From NCBI GenBank assembly GCA_965261735.1, contig OZ253470.1, positions 1,024,001 to 1,088,000 on the forward strand: DNA of 64,000 nucleotides, given 5' to 3'. This document shows, piece by piece, positions 19,416 through 29,292 of the stretch. The position numbers and the translations under genes are program-made. Source of the DNA: Alphaproteobacteria bacterium (GTDB taxonomy: Bacteria > Pseudomonadota > Alphaproteobacteria > SHVV01). Below the pieces are notes generated by a model. The model was not told the DNA's origin. It was given only the letters and a program-made list of their open reading frames with translations, and made no database searches. How positions within the stretch are numbered: the stretch's first letter is position 1; each line of letters starts with the position of its first letter.

Positions 19416-21185
19416 TTGGCCACTCAGGCGGAAAGCATAAGGGGCGCGGGCGGCGAGGGCGCCTACATGCGCTGGATCCGCGAGATTGCGGGCGGCAACC
19501 GGGTCCTGATGTGGGCGATCATGGCGCTGGTCGCGTTTCTTGCCCTCTATCCGATCTACTGGCTCTTTCGTGGCAGCTTCTACAGCGCCGAGCCGTTCGC
19601 CGAGGGTCACTGGACGCTCCAGAACTACGTCCGCGCCTTCACCGATTCCACCATCGTCGATACCATCATCAATACGCTGATCTTCTCGGTCGGCCAGATG
19701 GTGATCGGCGTGCTGATCGGCGCGTCCTTGGGGTGGATCGTCTCGCGCACCAATACGCCGGGCCGAGCGACCTTCGAGATCCTGCTGATCATCCTCTTCA
19801 TGGTGCCGTCGTTGCTCGCTGTCGTCGCCTGGACGCTGCTCCTCAGCCCGGGCAAAGGCCTGATCAACACCGTCAGCGCCTATTTGTTCGACCTCGATGT
19901 CGGACCGTTCGACATCTACTCGATGGGCGGCATGATCTTCCTTCAGGGCATGTATCTGTCGCCGTTCACCTACCTCATCATTGCGCCCTCGTTCACCTCG
20001 ATCGACGCCGGTCTCGAGGAATCGGCGCGGATGTCGGGCGCGGGCGTCTTCCAGGTGTTCTGGCGGGTCACCTTGCCGCTGGCGTGGCCGGCGATTCTCT
20101 CCGCGTCGATCCTGATGTTCGTGTTCGGCCTCGAATCCTTCGATATCCCGCAGCTCCTGGGGGCGCCGTCGCGAATCTTCACCTTCACCTCGCTCATCTA
20201 CAGCTCGCTCGAAGTGTTCGATCCGGCGGATTACGGTGTGAGTACTGCCCTGTCCACCAGCCTTCTCGTCATTGCCATTATTTGCGTCTACTACTACCAG
20301 CGCTCGATCCGCCACGCTTCCCGTTACGAGACGATCAAGGGCAAGGGCTACCGGGTCGGAATCGTCGATATCGGCGGATGGAAGTGGGTCACCTTCGGCG
20401 TCTGCTGCCTGTTCTTCTTCATTACCGTCGTTCTCCCCTTGGCTATTCTGTTCGTCGGGTCGTTCCTGCGCTTCTTCGGCAAGTTCGACATGGCCGTGTT
20501 CGACCGCATGACGTTGGCGAACTACCCCAAGGTCATCAACCACCCCCTGATCGTCAACGCCTTCATCAACAGCCTGTCGCTGGCCCTCTTCGCCGGCGGG
20601 CTGTGCGTGTTGCTGGCGGCCGTCGTCGCCTTCATCACGGTCAAGACGCAAGTGCCTGGCCGCAAATGGCTCGACGCCATCACCATGCTGCCGATCTCGT
20701 TCCCCTCGACCGTGCTCGCGGTGGCGCTGCTGTGGGCTTGGATCTCGGTGCCGCACTGGATACCGGTCTACGGCACGCTGGCGATCCTCGCGGTTGCCTA
20801 CATCACCCGCTACGTCCCGATCGGCCTCAGGACGGTGATCGGCGGCGTCATTCAGATTAGCGACGAACTCGAGGCGGCTTCGAAGATGTCGGGCGCGACC
20901 TGGCTCTACACCTTCCGTCGCATCATCCTGCCGCTGGTCAAACCGACGCTGTTGGCGGCGTGGTTGATGATGTTCCTCATCTTCATGCGCGAGCTGTCGA
21001 TGTCGATCCTGTTGTCGGGCCCTGGCAACCCGGTGATTTCGGTCGTCATGTTCGACTACTACCAGTCCGGAGAGCTGCCGCAGTTGGCGGCGGCATCCTT
21101 CCTGATGATCGTGGTCACCGTCGTCGTCGTGCTGGGCGCGCGCCGCCTACTCAACATCCGCTACGCCGAGCTCAAGGTCGGCTGA
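19416..21185 (+). CDS. ABC transporter permease, fused two-domain type, copy 2
   Basis: Paralog of 16051-17811 (shared ASRYETIKGKGYRVG, MFDYYQSGELP). Confidence 0.9.
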   Translation: MATQAESIRGAGGEGAYMRWIREIAGGNRVLMWAIMALVAFLALYPIYWLFRGSFYSAEPFAEGHWTLQNYVRAFTDSTIVDTIINTLIFSVGQMVIGVLIGASLGWIVSRTNTPGRATFEILLIILFMVPSLLAVVAWTLLLSPGKGLINTVSAYLFDLDVGPFDIYSMGGMIFLQGMYLSPFTYLIIAPSFTSIDAGLEESARMSGAGVFQVFWRVTLPLAWPAILSASILMFVFGLESFDIPQLLGAPSRIFTFTSLIYSSLEVFDPADYGVSTALSTSLLVIAIICVYYYQRSIRHASRYETIKGKGYRVGIVDIGGWKWVTFGVCCLFFFITVVLPLAILFVGSFLRFFGKFDMAVFDRMTLANYPKVINHPLIVNAFINSLSLALFAGGLCVLLAAVVAFITVKTQVPGRKWLDAITMLPISFPSTVLAVALLWAWISVPHWIPVYGTLAILAVAYITRYVPIGLRTVIGGVIQISDELEAASKMSGATWLYTFRRIILPLVKPTLLAAWLMMFLIFMRELSMSILLSGPGNPVISVVMFDYYQSGELPQLAAASFLMIVVTVVVVLGARRLLNIRYAELKVG

Positions 21186-21210
21186 GGCCGCGAGCCCCGC
21201 CCCTGGCCGG

Positions 21211-22251
21211 TCAGGAAAAGTTCGGCATGACCTGGTGCGCCAGCTTGTCGATGGTATCGCGCAGATCGAAGTCGGCGCCGCCGACGTAGAAGATCCACTT
21301 GCGTAGGCCCAACGCGCCAAATTCATGCAGCCGCTGCGTGACGTCGTCGGGCGTACCCCACAGGCGCGGCGAGCGCGATAGGACCCAGTCGTAGATGCCG
21401 AGGCGCTTCGCCAGCTCGACTTGCCGGCGCCCCCGCCCCGGCGTCTTGTAGGCGAGATCGAGGTCGTGCGCGTCCGAGGTCAGCTCGCGAACCAAGGGCT
21501 TGTACTCCTCGGGGATGCGCTTGCCCTCCATGCTTCCCATGGTCATCCAGTCGATGGCCCAGCCGAAGCCGTCGGCCATGGCCGCCTCGGCGCTGGCCGC
21601 GAACTTCACGTCGCAGGTCCACCAGATGTCGAGCTCGTCCGGGTTGCGGCCGACCTCGGCGCAAGCCTCGGCAATGAGGTCGTTGGCGTAGGCGATGTCC
21701 TCGGGTGCGTAGCCCATGGCGACGATCAGGCCGTCGGCGACCTGGGCCGCCATCTTGAGGGTCTTGGGGCCGGCGCAGGCGACGATGATCGGGACCTCGA
21801 CCGGCGGTGACCAGCCGCCCCACTCGGCCTTGAAGGTCTTGCCCTCCCACCGCGCCGCCTCGCCCCGCAGCAAGGCCTTTACGGCGAGGATGTACTCGCG
21901 CAGGTAGGCGAGCTTCGCCGGTTTGACGCCGATGCTCCAGAGCGCGCTGTCGCCGGTGGCGATGCCCAGGATGAGGCGGCCAGGCGCCAGCTCCTCGAGT
22001 GAAAAGGCGGCCGTCGCCGTCACCGAGGGATGTCGCGTCACCGGGTTGGTCACGGCGGTCATGATGGTCGTGCGCTTGGTGTTGAGCGCGCACATGGCGC
22101 TGGTGATGTAGATCTCGCGCAACAGGATCGGCGAATCGGCGATCCCGACCGCTTGGATGCCGACCTCGTCACACATCTTGACGAGGTCGACGAAGTCGGA
22201 CGGTGGCCCTTGCGTGAAATTGAGGCAGAACTCCATCTTCGTGTCAGCCAT
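21211..22251 (-). CDS. LLM-class oxidoreductase (paralog 2)
   Basis: ADSP, VTNPVTRHP, WMTMGSMEGK. Confidence 0.88.
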   Translation of the reverse strand: MADTKMEFCLNFTQGPPSDFVDLVKMCDEVGIQAVGIADSPILLREIYITSAMCALNTKRTTIMTAVTNPVTRHPSVTATAAFSLEELAPGRLILGIATGDSALWSIGVKPAKLAYLREYILAVKALLRGEAARWEGKTFKAEWGGWSPPVEVPIIVACAGPKTLKMAAQVADGLIVAMGYAPEDIAYANDLIAEACAEVGRNPDELDIWWTCDVKFAASAEAAMADGFGWAIDWMTMGSMEGKRIPEEYKPLVRELTSDAHDLDLAYKTPGRGRRQVELAKRLGIYDWVLSRSPRLWGTPDDVTQRLHEFGALGLRKWIFYVGGADFDLRDTIDKLAHQVMPNFS

Positions 22252-22311
22252 TGTCCTCACCGCTCCCGAGCCTGTTTCAACCGGTCTCGTCAGATGTTGC
22301 GCACGCCGCAC

Positions 22312-23373
22312 CTACGCGAAGTGCGGCATGATCTGTTGTGCCAACGTATCGATCTGCTCGTACTTGGCCGCGTCGGGGCCACCGACCAGCAGGCCGCCGC
22401 TGTGGTGGAGGAACATCCAGTTCGTGAGCCCCATGTCGCCGAGCTCTCTGAGGCGACGGGTCACGTCGTCTGGCGTACCCCACAGGCGCGGCGAACGCTC
22501 GACCAGCCAGTCGTAGAGCCCCAGGCGCTTGGCGCGCTCGACCAGCATGTGGCCGCGGTCTGGTGTCTTGTAGACGGCCTCGAGGTTGTGGGTGTCGGCG
22601 TTCATCTCGAGCAGCGGCGCCTTGAACGCCTCGGGGATGCCCTTGCCTTCGAGGCTGCCCATGGTGAGCCACCCCGTGGTCCAGCCGATGCCGACCGCCA
22701 TCGCCTCCTCGACGCTCGGCGCGAACACGACTTGGCAGTTCCACCAGATCGGCAGCGCGTCGGGGTCGCGCCCAACCTCGGCGCAACCCGACGCTATGAC
22801 GCGACCGACGTCGCGAATGTCGTCGGGCGCGAAACCCATTGTGATGATAAACCCATCGGCGACCTGCGCCGCCATGCGCAGCGTCTTCGGTCCCGAGCAG
22901 GCGACGTAGATGGGCACGTCGACCGGGGGCGCCCACGCGCTCCACTCAGGCGCGAAGGTTTTCCCCTCCCAGGTCGCCGCCTCGCCCCGCAGCAGCGCCT
23001 TGACCGCGACGATGTAGTCGCGCAAGCGGGCCACGGGCGCGGGCTTGAGGCCGACCGCCCACATCGCGCTGTCGCCGGTCCCGATGCCGAGCGCGATTCG
23101 CCCGGGCGCGAGATCGTTGAGGCTCAGCAGCGCCGCGGCGGTCACCGACGGGTGCCGCGACAGGGGGTTCGTGACCGCGGTAATGATCCGCGATTGCGTC
23201 GTGTTGGCCGCGCACACGGTGGCGGTGACGTACATCTCCCGGAGCAGCGCGGGCGAATCGGGGATGCCGACATGAATGCCGGCCGCATCGCACGCGCGGT
23301 ACCAGGCCGCCACCTCGTCGAGCCGCTGGGTCTGAGTGAAAATGATGCAGAACTGCATCTTGGTGTGGGACAT
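22312..23373 (-). CDS. LLM-class oxidoreductase (paralog 3)
   Basis: PDSP, VTNPLSRHP, WLTMGSLEGK. Confidence 0.88.
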   Translation of the reverse strand: MSHTKMQFCIIFTQTQRLDEVAAWYRACDAAGIHVGIPDSPALLREMYVTATVCAANTTQSRIITAVTNPLSRHPSVTAAALLSLNDLAPGRIALGIGTGDSAMWAVGLKPAPVARLRDYIVAVKALLRGEAATWEGKTFAPEWSAWAPPVDVPIYVACSGPKTLRMAAQVADGFIITMGFAPDDIRDVGRVIASGCAEVGRDPDALPIWWNCQVVFAPSVEEAMAVGIGWTTGWLTMGSLEGKGIPEAFKAPLLEMNADTHNLEAVYKTPDRGHMLVERAKRLGLYDWLVERSPRLWGTPDDVTRRLRELGDMGLTNWMFLHHSGGLLVGGPDAAKYEQIDTLAQQIMPHFA

Positions 23374-23466
23374 GGTTTAGTCATAAAGGATTCCCGGACG
23401 TGGGGCAAAACCGTTGTATTGTGCGCGCCCGCGGGGCGGTTGAGGGCGTGGACACGGGGGGCGGAA

Positions 23467-24681
23467 ATGGCGCGGGATGAGACGGCGACGATGCTGCGCC
23501 GCGACGCCAAGGTCGTCGGCATCATCTCCTCCGGTCACTTCTTCAGCCACTTCTACCACCTGCTCCTGCCGCCCCTGTTCCCGGTGTTCAAGGAGGTGTT
23601 CGGCGTCAGCTACACCTCGCTGGCGTTCGTCATCGCCGCGGCCAGTCTAGCCAGCGTTCTGAGCCAAACTCCGCTCGGTTTTCTCGTCGACCGCTTTGGC
23701 GGGCGGCGCATCCTGATCGCTGGGCTGTGCTGCCAGAGCTTGGCGACGATGTTGATCGGCCTTTCCTTCTCCTACGCGTCCTTCACGGCCCTGGTGGTCA
23801 TCGCGGCCATCGCCAACTCGGTCTATCACCCGGCCGACTACGCGCTCCTCACCGCCTCGGTCGAACGCGGCCGGCTGGGACGAGCCTTTAGCGTCCACAC
23901 CTTCAGCGGTAACGTCGGCTGGGCGGTCGCGCCCGGGACCATCATCGCCCTAAGCGCGCTATGGGGCTGGCGCACGGCGTTCATGGCGCTCGGCCTCCTC
24001 GGACTCTTGACGGCGCTCTACATGTGGTCGCAGCGCGGGCTGCTGAGGGGCGAGACGCGCCCGCGGCCGCAGGACGAGGACGCTCGCCCGGCGCCGAGCC
24101 TGCGCGAGGGCGTGGCCCTCCTGGCCTCGCCGCCGATCCTGATGGCGCTCCTGTTTTTCATCCTGCTCGCCATCAGCTTCGGCAGCATCCGCAGCTTCTC
24201 GGTCGCCGCGCTCGTGATCATGTACGACACGCCCCTGGCGACCGCCAACGGCGCCCTAACCGGCCTCCTCGTCGGCAGCGCGGCCGGCATCCTGGCCGGA
24301 GGCGTCATCGCCGATCGCTTCGGGCGCCCGTCACAAACGGCGGCCCTCGGCTTTGTCGTCGCCGCCGGTATGATCGCGCTCATCGGCAGCATCGCCATGC
24401 CGGTCGCCGTCCTCGTCGCCGTGTTCGCGGCCGCCGGCTTCTTCAACGGCATGGTCCAACCCTCCCGCGACCTGCTGGTCCGTCAGGTGACGCCGCCGGG
24501 ATCGACCGGAAAGGTCTTCGGCTTCGTCTCCACCGGATTCAGCATCGGCGAGACCGTCATGCCGCCGATCGTCGGCTGGATGCTCGACCATGGCGATCCG
24601 CGCTGGGTGTTCTGGTTCAGCGCCGCGGTACTGCTGTCGGCGCTGGTGACGGTCGGCGCGCTCAAGAAGAGTGGGCGCTGA
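23467..24681 (+). CDS. MFS transporter (Fsr-like)
   Basis: GHFFSHFY, DRFGGRR motif A, YHP, about 12 TM segments. Confidence 0.88.
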   Translation: MARDETATMLRRDAKVVGIISSGHFFSHFYHLLLPPLFPVFKEVFGVSYTSLAFVIAAASLASVLSQTPLGFLVDRFGGRRILIAGLCCQSLATMLIGLSFSYASFTALVVIAAIANSVYHPADYALLTASVERGRLGRAFSVHTFSGNVGWAVAPGTIIALSALWGWRTAFMALGLLGLLTALYMWSQRGLLRGETRPRPQDEDARPAPSLREGVALLASPPILMALLFFILLAISFGSIRSFSVAALVIMYDTPLATANGALTGLLVGSAAGILAGGVIADRFGRPSQTAALGFVVAAGMIALIGSIAMPVAVLVAVFAAAGFFNGMVQPSRDLLVRQVTPPGSTGKVFGFVSTGFSIGETVMPPIVGWMLDHGDPRWVFWFSAAVLLSALVTVGALKKSGR

Positions 24682-24768
24682 CGACGATGGCCGTATCCGT
24701 TCCGCCGTTGCCCAACCGGCGATGGCGCGCTACACGGGTGGCTCAGCCGCCTTCGAGGTGACCTCGCG

Positions 24769-25026
24769 ATGACCTATTGTGTGGGCATGCTGCTAAAGGC
24801 GGGCCTCGTGATGATGTCCGACACGCGCACCAATGCGGGCGTCGACAACATCTCGACCTACCGCAAGATGACCATCTGGGAGAAGCCGGGCGAGCGCGTG
24901 ATGGTGCTGCTCTCGGCCGGCAACCTGGCCGCCACCCAGTCCGTCGTCACCCTGCTGGACGAAGGCATCGAGGTGAGCGGGGAGCTCGTCACCATGAGCA
25001 ACGTGCGATCGATACCGCATGCGGCC
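24769..25026 (+). pseudogene. Proteasome-type protease (Anbu) N-terminal fragment
   Basis: MTYCVG...SDTRTNAGVDNISTYRKM...AGNLAATQ. Homology ends near 25025. Confidence 0.85.
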
Positions 25027-25445
25027 GACATGAACTGCTTGTTGGCGAGAATCAGCTCTGCCGGCACCACGCCATCCTTGAGGATCTTCTGCTCGTGATA
25101 GACGTCGTGCAGAAACAGGTTCAGCGCCGTGACTCGCTGCGTGACACCATCCTTCAAGAGCCGCCAGTCGCTGCGCGACAGGATGCGGGGAATGACGTCG
25201 AAGGGGAGAATACGGTCGACCGCGTCGCTGTCGCTGTAGACCGTGAAGGTGATGCCGAGGTTGTAGAGTTCGCGCTCGGCATCCCTGGCCCGCGCCCTCA
25301 GCGTATCCAGGTTGAGCTCGTCCAGGATCCGGCGCACCGGTCGCGTATGTTCCGCAGCCGCGCCACTGCGGCCCATCATTTCGCAATAGTACCCGTCGGG
25401 GTCGTAGTGGGTGAGCACACCGTGCTCGGCGTTTCTTATCACTCG
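25006..25445 (-). pseudogene. Circularly permuted type 2 ATP-grasp protein N-terminal fragment
   Basis: GITFTVY...DRILPFDVIPR...QRVTALNLFLHDVYHEQ. Truncated where it meets the Anbu fragment. Confidence 0.85.
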
Positions 25446-25639
25446 ATCTCCTTTTGACGGGGGCCGCGGCGGCACGGTCCCCGAGGAGCGGGCGCGATCC
25501 CGCGTTCCCGCCTAGAGTGTAGTGTCGATCCTTCCGCACCGTAAACGAGGACGGCTCGCCACCACCGAGCGCGCCCTTGCCAGGCGCTGCCGCCGCGGGT
25601 CAGGATACGAGCCGCACCGCGACTTCACGGGAGGGGGCG

Positions 25640-27937
25640 TTGGGACAGTTCGGTATCGGGCAGCCGGTACGCCGCCGCGAGGATGATCGCCTGATCGTCG
25701 GCCAGGGCCGATTCCTCGATGACATCGACGTGCCCGGCCAAGCTGCGGCGTACCTTCTGCGCTCGCCCTACGCGCACGCCGAGATCACGGGAATCGACGT
25801 TCAGGCGGCGCTCGCTGCGCCCCACGTCGTTGGCGTGCTGACCGCGGCCGACTATGCCGCCGCCGGCCTCGGCGCGCTCTTTAGCCCGATCAAGATCACC
25901 AGCAAGGACGGCAGCCCGCGGGCCGATCCGCCGCGCTGGCCGCTGGCCGTCGATCGCGTGCGCCATGTCGGTGACCCCGTGGCGATGGTCGTCGCCGAGG
26001 ACCTGGCTTCAGCTAAGGACGCTGCCGAACTCATCGTCGTCGACTACGCCGTGTTGCCGGCCGTCGTCGATCCGATCAAAGCGCAGGCGCCGGGAGCACC
26101 CGAGCTATGGGCGGAAGCGCCCCGGAATGTCTGCTTCGACTGGGAGAGCGGCGATCGCGCCGCAACCGATGCCGCGTTCGCCGGTGCCGCCCACATCGCC
26201 GCCATCGACATCATCAACAACCGGGTCGTGGCCAACAGCCTCGAGCCGCGCGGCGCCATCGCCGTGCCCGAGCCGGGCGGCCGGCTCTGCTTCTACGTCT
26301 CCTCGCAAGGTGCCCACGCGATCCGCGGCGATCTCTGCAAGCAGATCTTCAACCTGCCGCCGGAGGCCATTCGCGTCGTCACGCCGGATGTCGGCGGCGC
26401 CTTCGGCATGAAGGCGTTTACCTACCCCGAATATGCGCTCGTCGCCTGGGCGGCCAGGCGCTTTGAGCGCCCGGTCCGGTGGATGGCGGAGCGCAGCGAG
26501 GCCTTTCTGAGCGACAATCAGGGGCGCGATCACGTCACCCACGCCGAGCTCGCGCTCGACGCCGACGCGCATTTCCTGGCCATGCGGGCGTCGGTGACCG
26601 GCAACATGGGCGCCTACGTCTCGAAGTTCACGCCCTTTATCCTGACGGGCGCGCAAGCGCTGCTAACGGGGCCCTACAGGACGCCGCTGGTGTACGCCGA
26701 GGTCAAGGGCGTGCTGACCAACACGGTCGCGGTCGACGCCTATCGCGGGGCCGGGCGGCCCGAGGCCAACTACGTGCGCGAGCGCCTGATCGACGCGGCG
26801 GCGCGCGAGGTCGGCATCGAGCGCGCCGAGCTGCGCCGGCGCAACTTCATCCCGCCCGAAGCCATGCCGTACGCGGCGCCGTTGACCTTCACGTTCGACA
26901 GCGGTGAGTTCGCCCGCAATCTCGGCGACGCGCAGGAGCTGGCTGACTGGGCGGGCTTCGCCGACCGCCGCGAGGAGTCGCGCGTACGCGGCAAGCTGCG
27001 CGGTATCGGCGTCGCCTCCTATCTCGAATCGAGCGGCGCCTCGGCCGACGAGCAGGCGACCATCCGCGTCGATTCCGCCGGCACCCTCACGGTGCGCAGC
27101 GGCCAGATGAGCGGCGGCCAGGGCCACGAGACGGCGTTTGCCCAGATCGTCGAGGAGCGCCTCGGTGTTCCGTGGAACGCGATCACGGTGGTCCAGGGTG
27201 ACACCGGCATGGTCACGACCGGTGGCGGGACGGGGGGCTCGCGATCGCTCGTCTTTGGCGGCGGTGCCGTCCTCGCCGCCGCCGACGCGGTGATCGAAAA
27301 CGGCAAGACGGTCGCGGCCGATCTGCTGGAGGCGGCGGCGGCCGACCTCGACTACGCCGAGGCCGCCTTCCACGTCGCCGGGACCGACAGGCGTGTCGGC
27401 CTCTTCGAGGTTGCGGCGAACGGCAGCGACGGGCTCGAGGGCGTCGGCACGTTCGCGCCCGAGGTCGGGCGCACCTTCCCCAACGGCTGCCACATCTGCG
27501 AGCTCGAGGTCGATCCGGAAACCGGTCGCGTCGATATTCTTCGCTACAGCGTCGTCGACGATTTCGGCAAGCTGCTCAATCCACTGCTCGTCGAAGGCCA
27601 GGTCCAGGGCGGCACCGCACAGGGGATCGGGCAGGCGCTGTTCGAGGAGTGCTCGTTCGATGCCGAATCCGGCCAGCTCCTCACCGGCTCGTTCATGGAC
27701 TACGCCTTGCCGCGCGCGAGCGACATACCGGCTCTCGCCTTCGCTGCCAACGAGGTTCTTTGCCCCAGCAACCCGCTCGGCGTAAAGGGGTGCGGGGAGG
27801 CGGGCGCCACGGGCGCGCCGCCGGCGGTCATGAACGCGTTGCTCGATGCGTTGAGCGCCGTCGGCGTTACCCGCATCGACATGCCGGCCACCGCCGAGCG
27901 CGTCTGGCGTGCTATCGCGGCCGCCACAGCGGCGTAG
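25640..27937 (+). CDS. Xanthine dehydrogenase family molybdopterin-binding subunit (form II CoxL-like)
   Basis: IGQPVRRRED, VGGAFGMK, AYRGAGR, GQGHET, KGCGEAG. Confidence 0.9.
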   Translation: MGQFGIGQPVRRREDDRLIVGQGRFLDDIDVPGQAAAYLLRSPYAHAEITGIDVQAALAAPHVVGVLTAADYAAAGLGALFSPIKITSKDGSPRADPPRWPLAVDRVRHVGDPVAMVVAEDLASAKDAAELIVVDYAVLPAVVDPIKAQAPGAPELWAEAPRNVCFDWESGDRAATDAAFAGAAHIAAIDIINNRVVANSLEPRGAIAVPEPGGRLCFYVSSQGAHAIRGDLCKQIFNLPPEAIRVVTPDVGGAFGMKAFTYPEYALVAWAARRFERPVRWMAERSEAFLSDNQGRDHVTHAELALDADAHFLAMRASVTGNMGAYVSKFTPFILTGAQALLTGPYRTPLVYAEVKGVLTNTVAVDAYRGAGRPEANYVRERLIDAAAREVGIERAELRRRNFIPPEAMPYAAPLTFTFDSGEFARNLGDAQELADWAGFADRREESRVRGKLRGIGVASYLESSGASADEQATIRVDSAGTLTVRSGQMSGGQGHETAFAQIVEERLGVPWNAITVVQGDTGMVTTGGGTGGSRSLVFGGGAVLAAADAVIENGKTVAADLLEAAAADLDYAEAAFHVAGTDRRVGLFEVAANGSDGLEGVGTFAPEVGRTFPNGCHICELEVDPETGRVDILRYSVVDDFGKLLNPLLVEGQVQGGTAQGIGQALFEECSFDAESGQLLTGSFMDYALPRASDIPALAFAANEVLCPSNPLGVKGCGEAGATGAPPAVMNALLDALSAVGVTRIDMPATAERVWRAIAAATAA

Positions 27938-27945
27938 GGTCGCCC

Positions 27946-28366
27946 TTAGTCGCCGAGCAAGTGCAGGACGACCTCCCGGGTGTGGCCTCGGGTGCGATGC
28001 TCGAACAGGTAGATTCCCTGCCAGGTGCCGAGCGCGAGGCGGCCGCCGATAAGGGGGACGGCGAGCTGCGTCGCGGTCAGCGCGGCGCGGATGTGGGCCG
28101 GCATGTCGTCGGCGCCCTCTGCCGTGTGGCGATAGAGCCGGACATCGTCCGGCGCGAGCCGCGAGAAGAATGGTGTCGAGATCGCGGACGACGTCGGGAT
28201 CGGCATTCTCCTGGATCGTCAGCGAGGCGGACGTGTGCGGGACGAACAGGGTGAGCAGGCCCTCGGCGATGCCCTGGGCGCTCACCCACCGGGCGACCTC
28301 GTCCGTGATGTCGAACAGGCCGCGTCCCGGCGTGCGCCGGCTGAAGCGGTGGCTCGCTTGCCGCAT
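27946..28366 (-). pseudogene. yjbQ: YjbQ (UPF0047) family protein, frameshift near 28172
   Basis: HTSASLTIQENADPDV in one frame; EGADDMPAHI...LGTWQGIYLFEHR in another. Confidence 0.85.
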
Positions 28367-28449
28367 ACCCGAGATATATATCGCATCGCGGGACCTTGTC
28401 GCGCGGCCACGCTTTCCTTCTCCCCTGGTTCGTGTTGAGATCGGCCGCC

Positions 28450-29253
28450 ATGACGGAAGGGCTGGCCACGCCATCGACGCGCGATCGCGCGGAGCGCGAG
28501 TTTCCCGAGGGCGCCGCGATCGTGGCCGGCGGCAGCGGCGGTCTGGGCCAAGCCGTTTGCGATCTGCTTGCGCGCCGCGGCAGCGATGTCGCGCTCACCT
28601 ATCACCATAACCGCGAGGCGGGGGAAACGGGAGCGGCGATGGTCCGCGCCCAGGGGCGCGAGGCCGAGCTTCGCCAAGTGCAGCTTCAGGATTCGCCGGC
28701 GGTGGGGCTGTTTCTGAGCGACATGGTCGAGCGCTTTGGCGGCGTCCACAGCGTCGTCTATGCCGCTGGGCCCGACATCCGCCAGCGCTACGTGAGCGAG
28801 GTTACGCCCAAGGAATGGCGCGAGTCGGTGGATGCGGACCTCAACGGCTTCTTCAACCTCGTTCACGCGGCGCTGCCGTGCTTGCGGGCGCGTCGCGGGG
28901 CCCTTGTCGCCATCACCACGATGGCCCATGTCCGCTACCCGCCGCGCGACATCCTCTCGGCGGCGCCCAAGGCGGCGGTCGAGCAGCTCGTCCAGGGCAT
29001 CGCCCGCGAAGAGGGGCGCTACGGCGTGCGCGCCAACTGCGTCGCGCCGGGCATGATCGAGGCTGGCCTCGGTCAACGCATCATCGACAACGAATTCACG
29101 CCCGAGGTGGCAGCGGCGGTGCGCCGCAACGCCGCCCTGCGGCGCTTCGGCCGTATCGAAGAGGTTGCCGAGGCGGTGGTCTTTCTCGCCTCCGCCCGGG
29201 CCTCCTACGTGACCGGTACAACTCTGGTCGTGGATGGCGGCGCGAGTATCTAG
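28450..29253 (+). CDS. SDR family oxidoreductase
   Basis: GGSGGLG, RANCVAPG, YVTGTTLVVDGG. The catalytic YxxxK reads SAAPK. Confidence 0.85.
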   Translation: MTEGLATPSTRDRAEREFPEGAAIVAGGSGGLGQAVCDLLARRGSDVALTYHHNREAGETGAAMVRAQGREAELRQVQLQDSPAVGLFLSDMVERFGGVHSVVYAAGPDIRQRYVSEVTPKEWRESVDADLNGFFNLVHAALPCLRARRGALVAITTMAHVRYPPRDILSAAPKAAVEQLVQGIAREEGRYGVRANCVAPGMIEAGLGQRIIDNEFTPEVAAAVRRNAALRRFGRIEEVAEAVVFLASARASYVTGTTLVVDGGASI

Positions 29254-29292
29254 GCGGCGCGCCCAACAGCCTGCGGGCAAGGAGAGGGAGCA

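Noticed and set aside
22030-23466. 883-aa ORF suggesting an MFS with a large N-terminal domain
   Set aside because: The extension is the antisense shadow of two LLM genes; the MFS starts at 23467.
25640-27937. Aerobic CO dehydrogenase
   Set aside because: Lacks the form I AYXCSFR motif and adjacent coxMS or accessory genes.
28160-28185. Programmed frameshifting in yjbQ, amidase or hydrolase 1
   Set aside because: No slippery heptamer or stimulatory structure seen; mutation or sequencing error is simpler.
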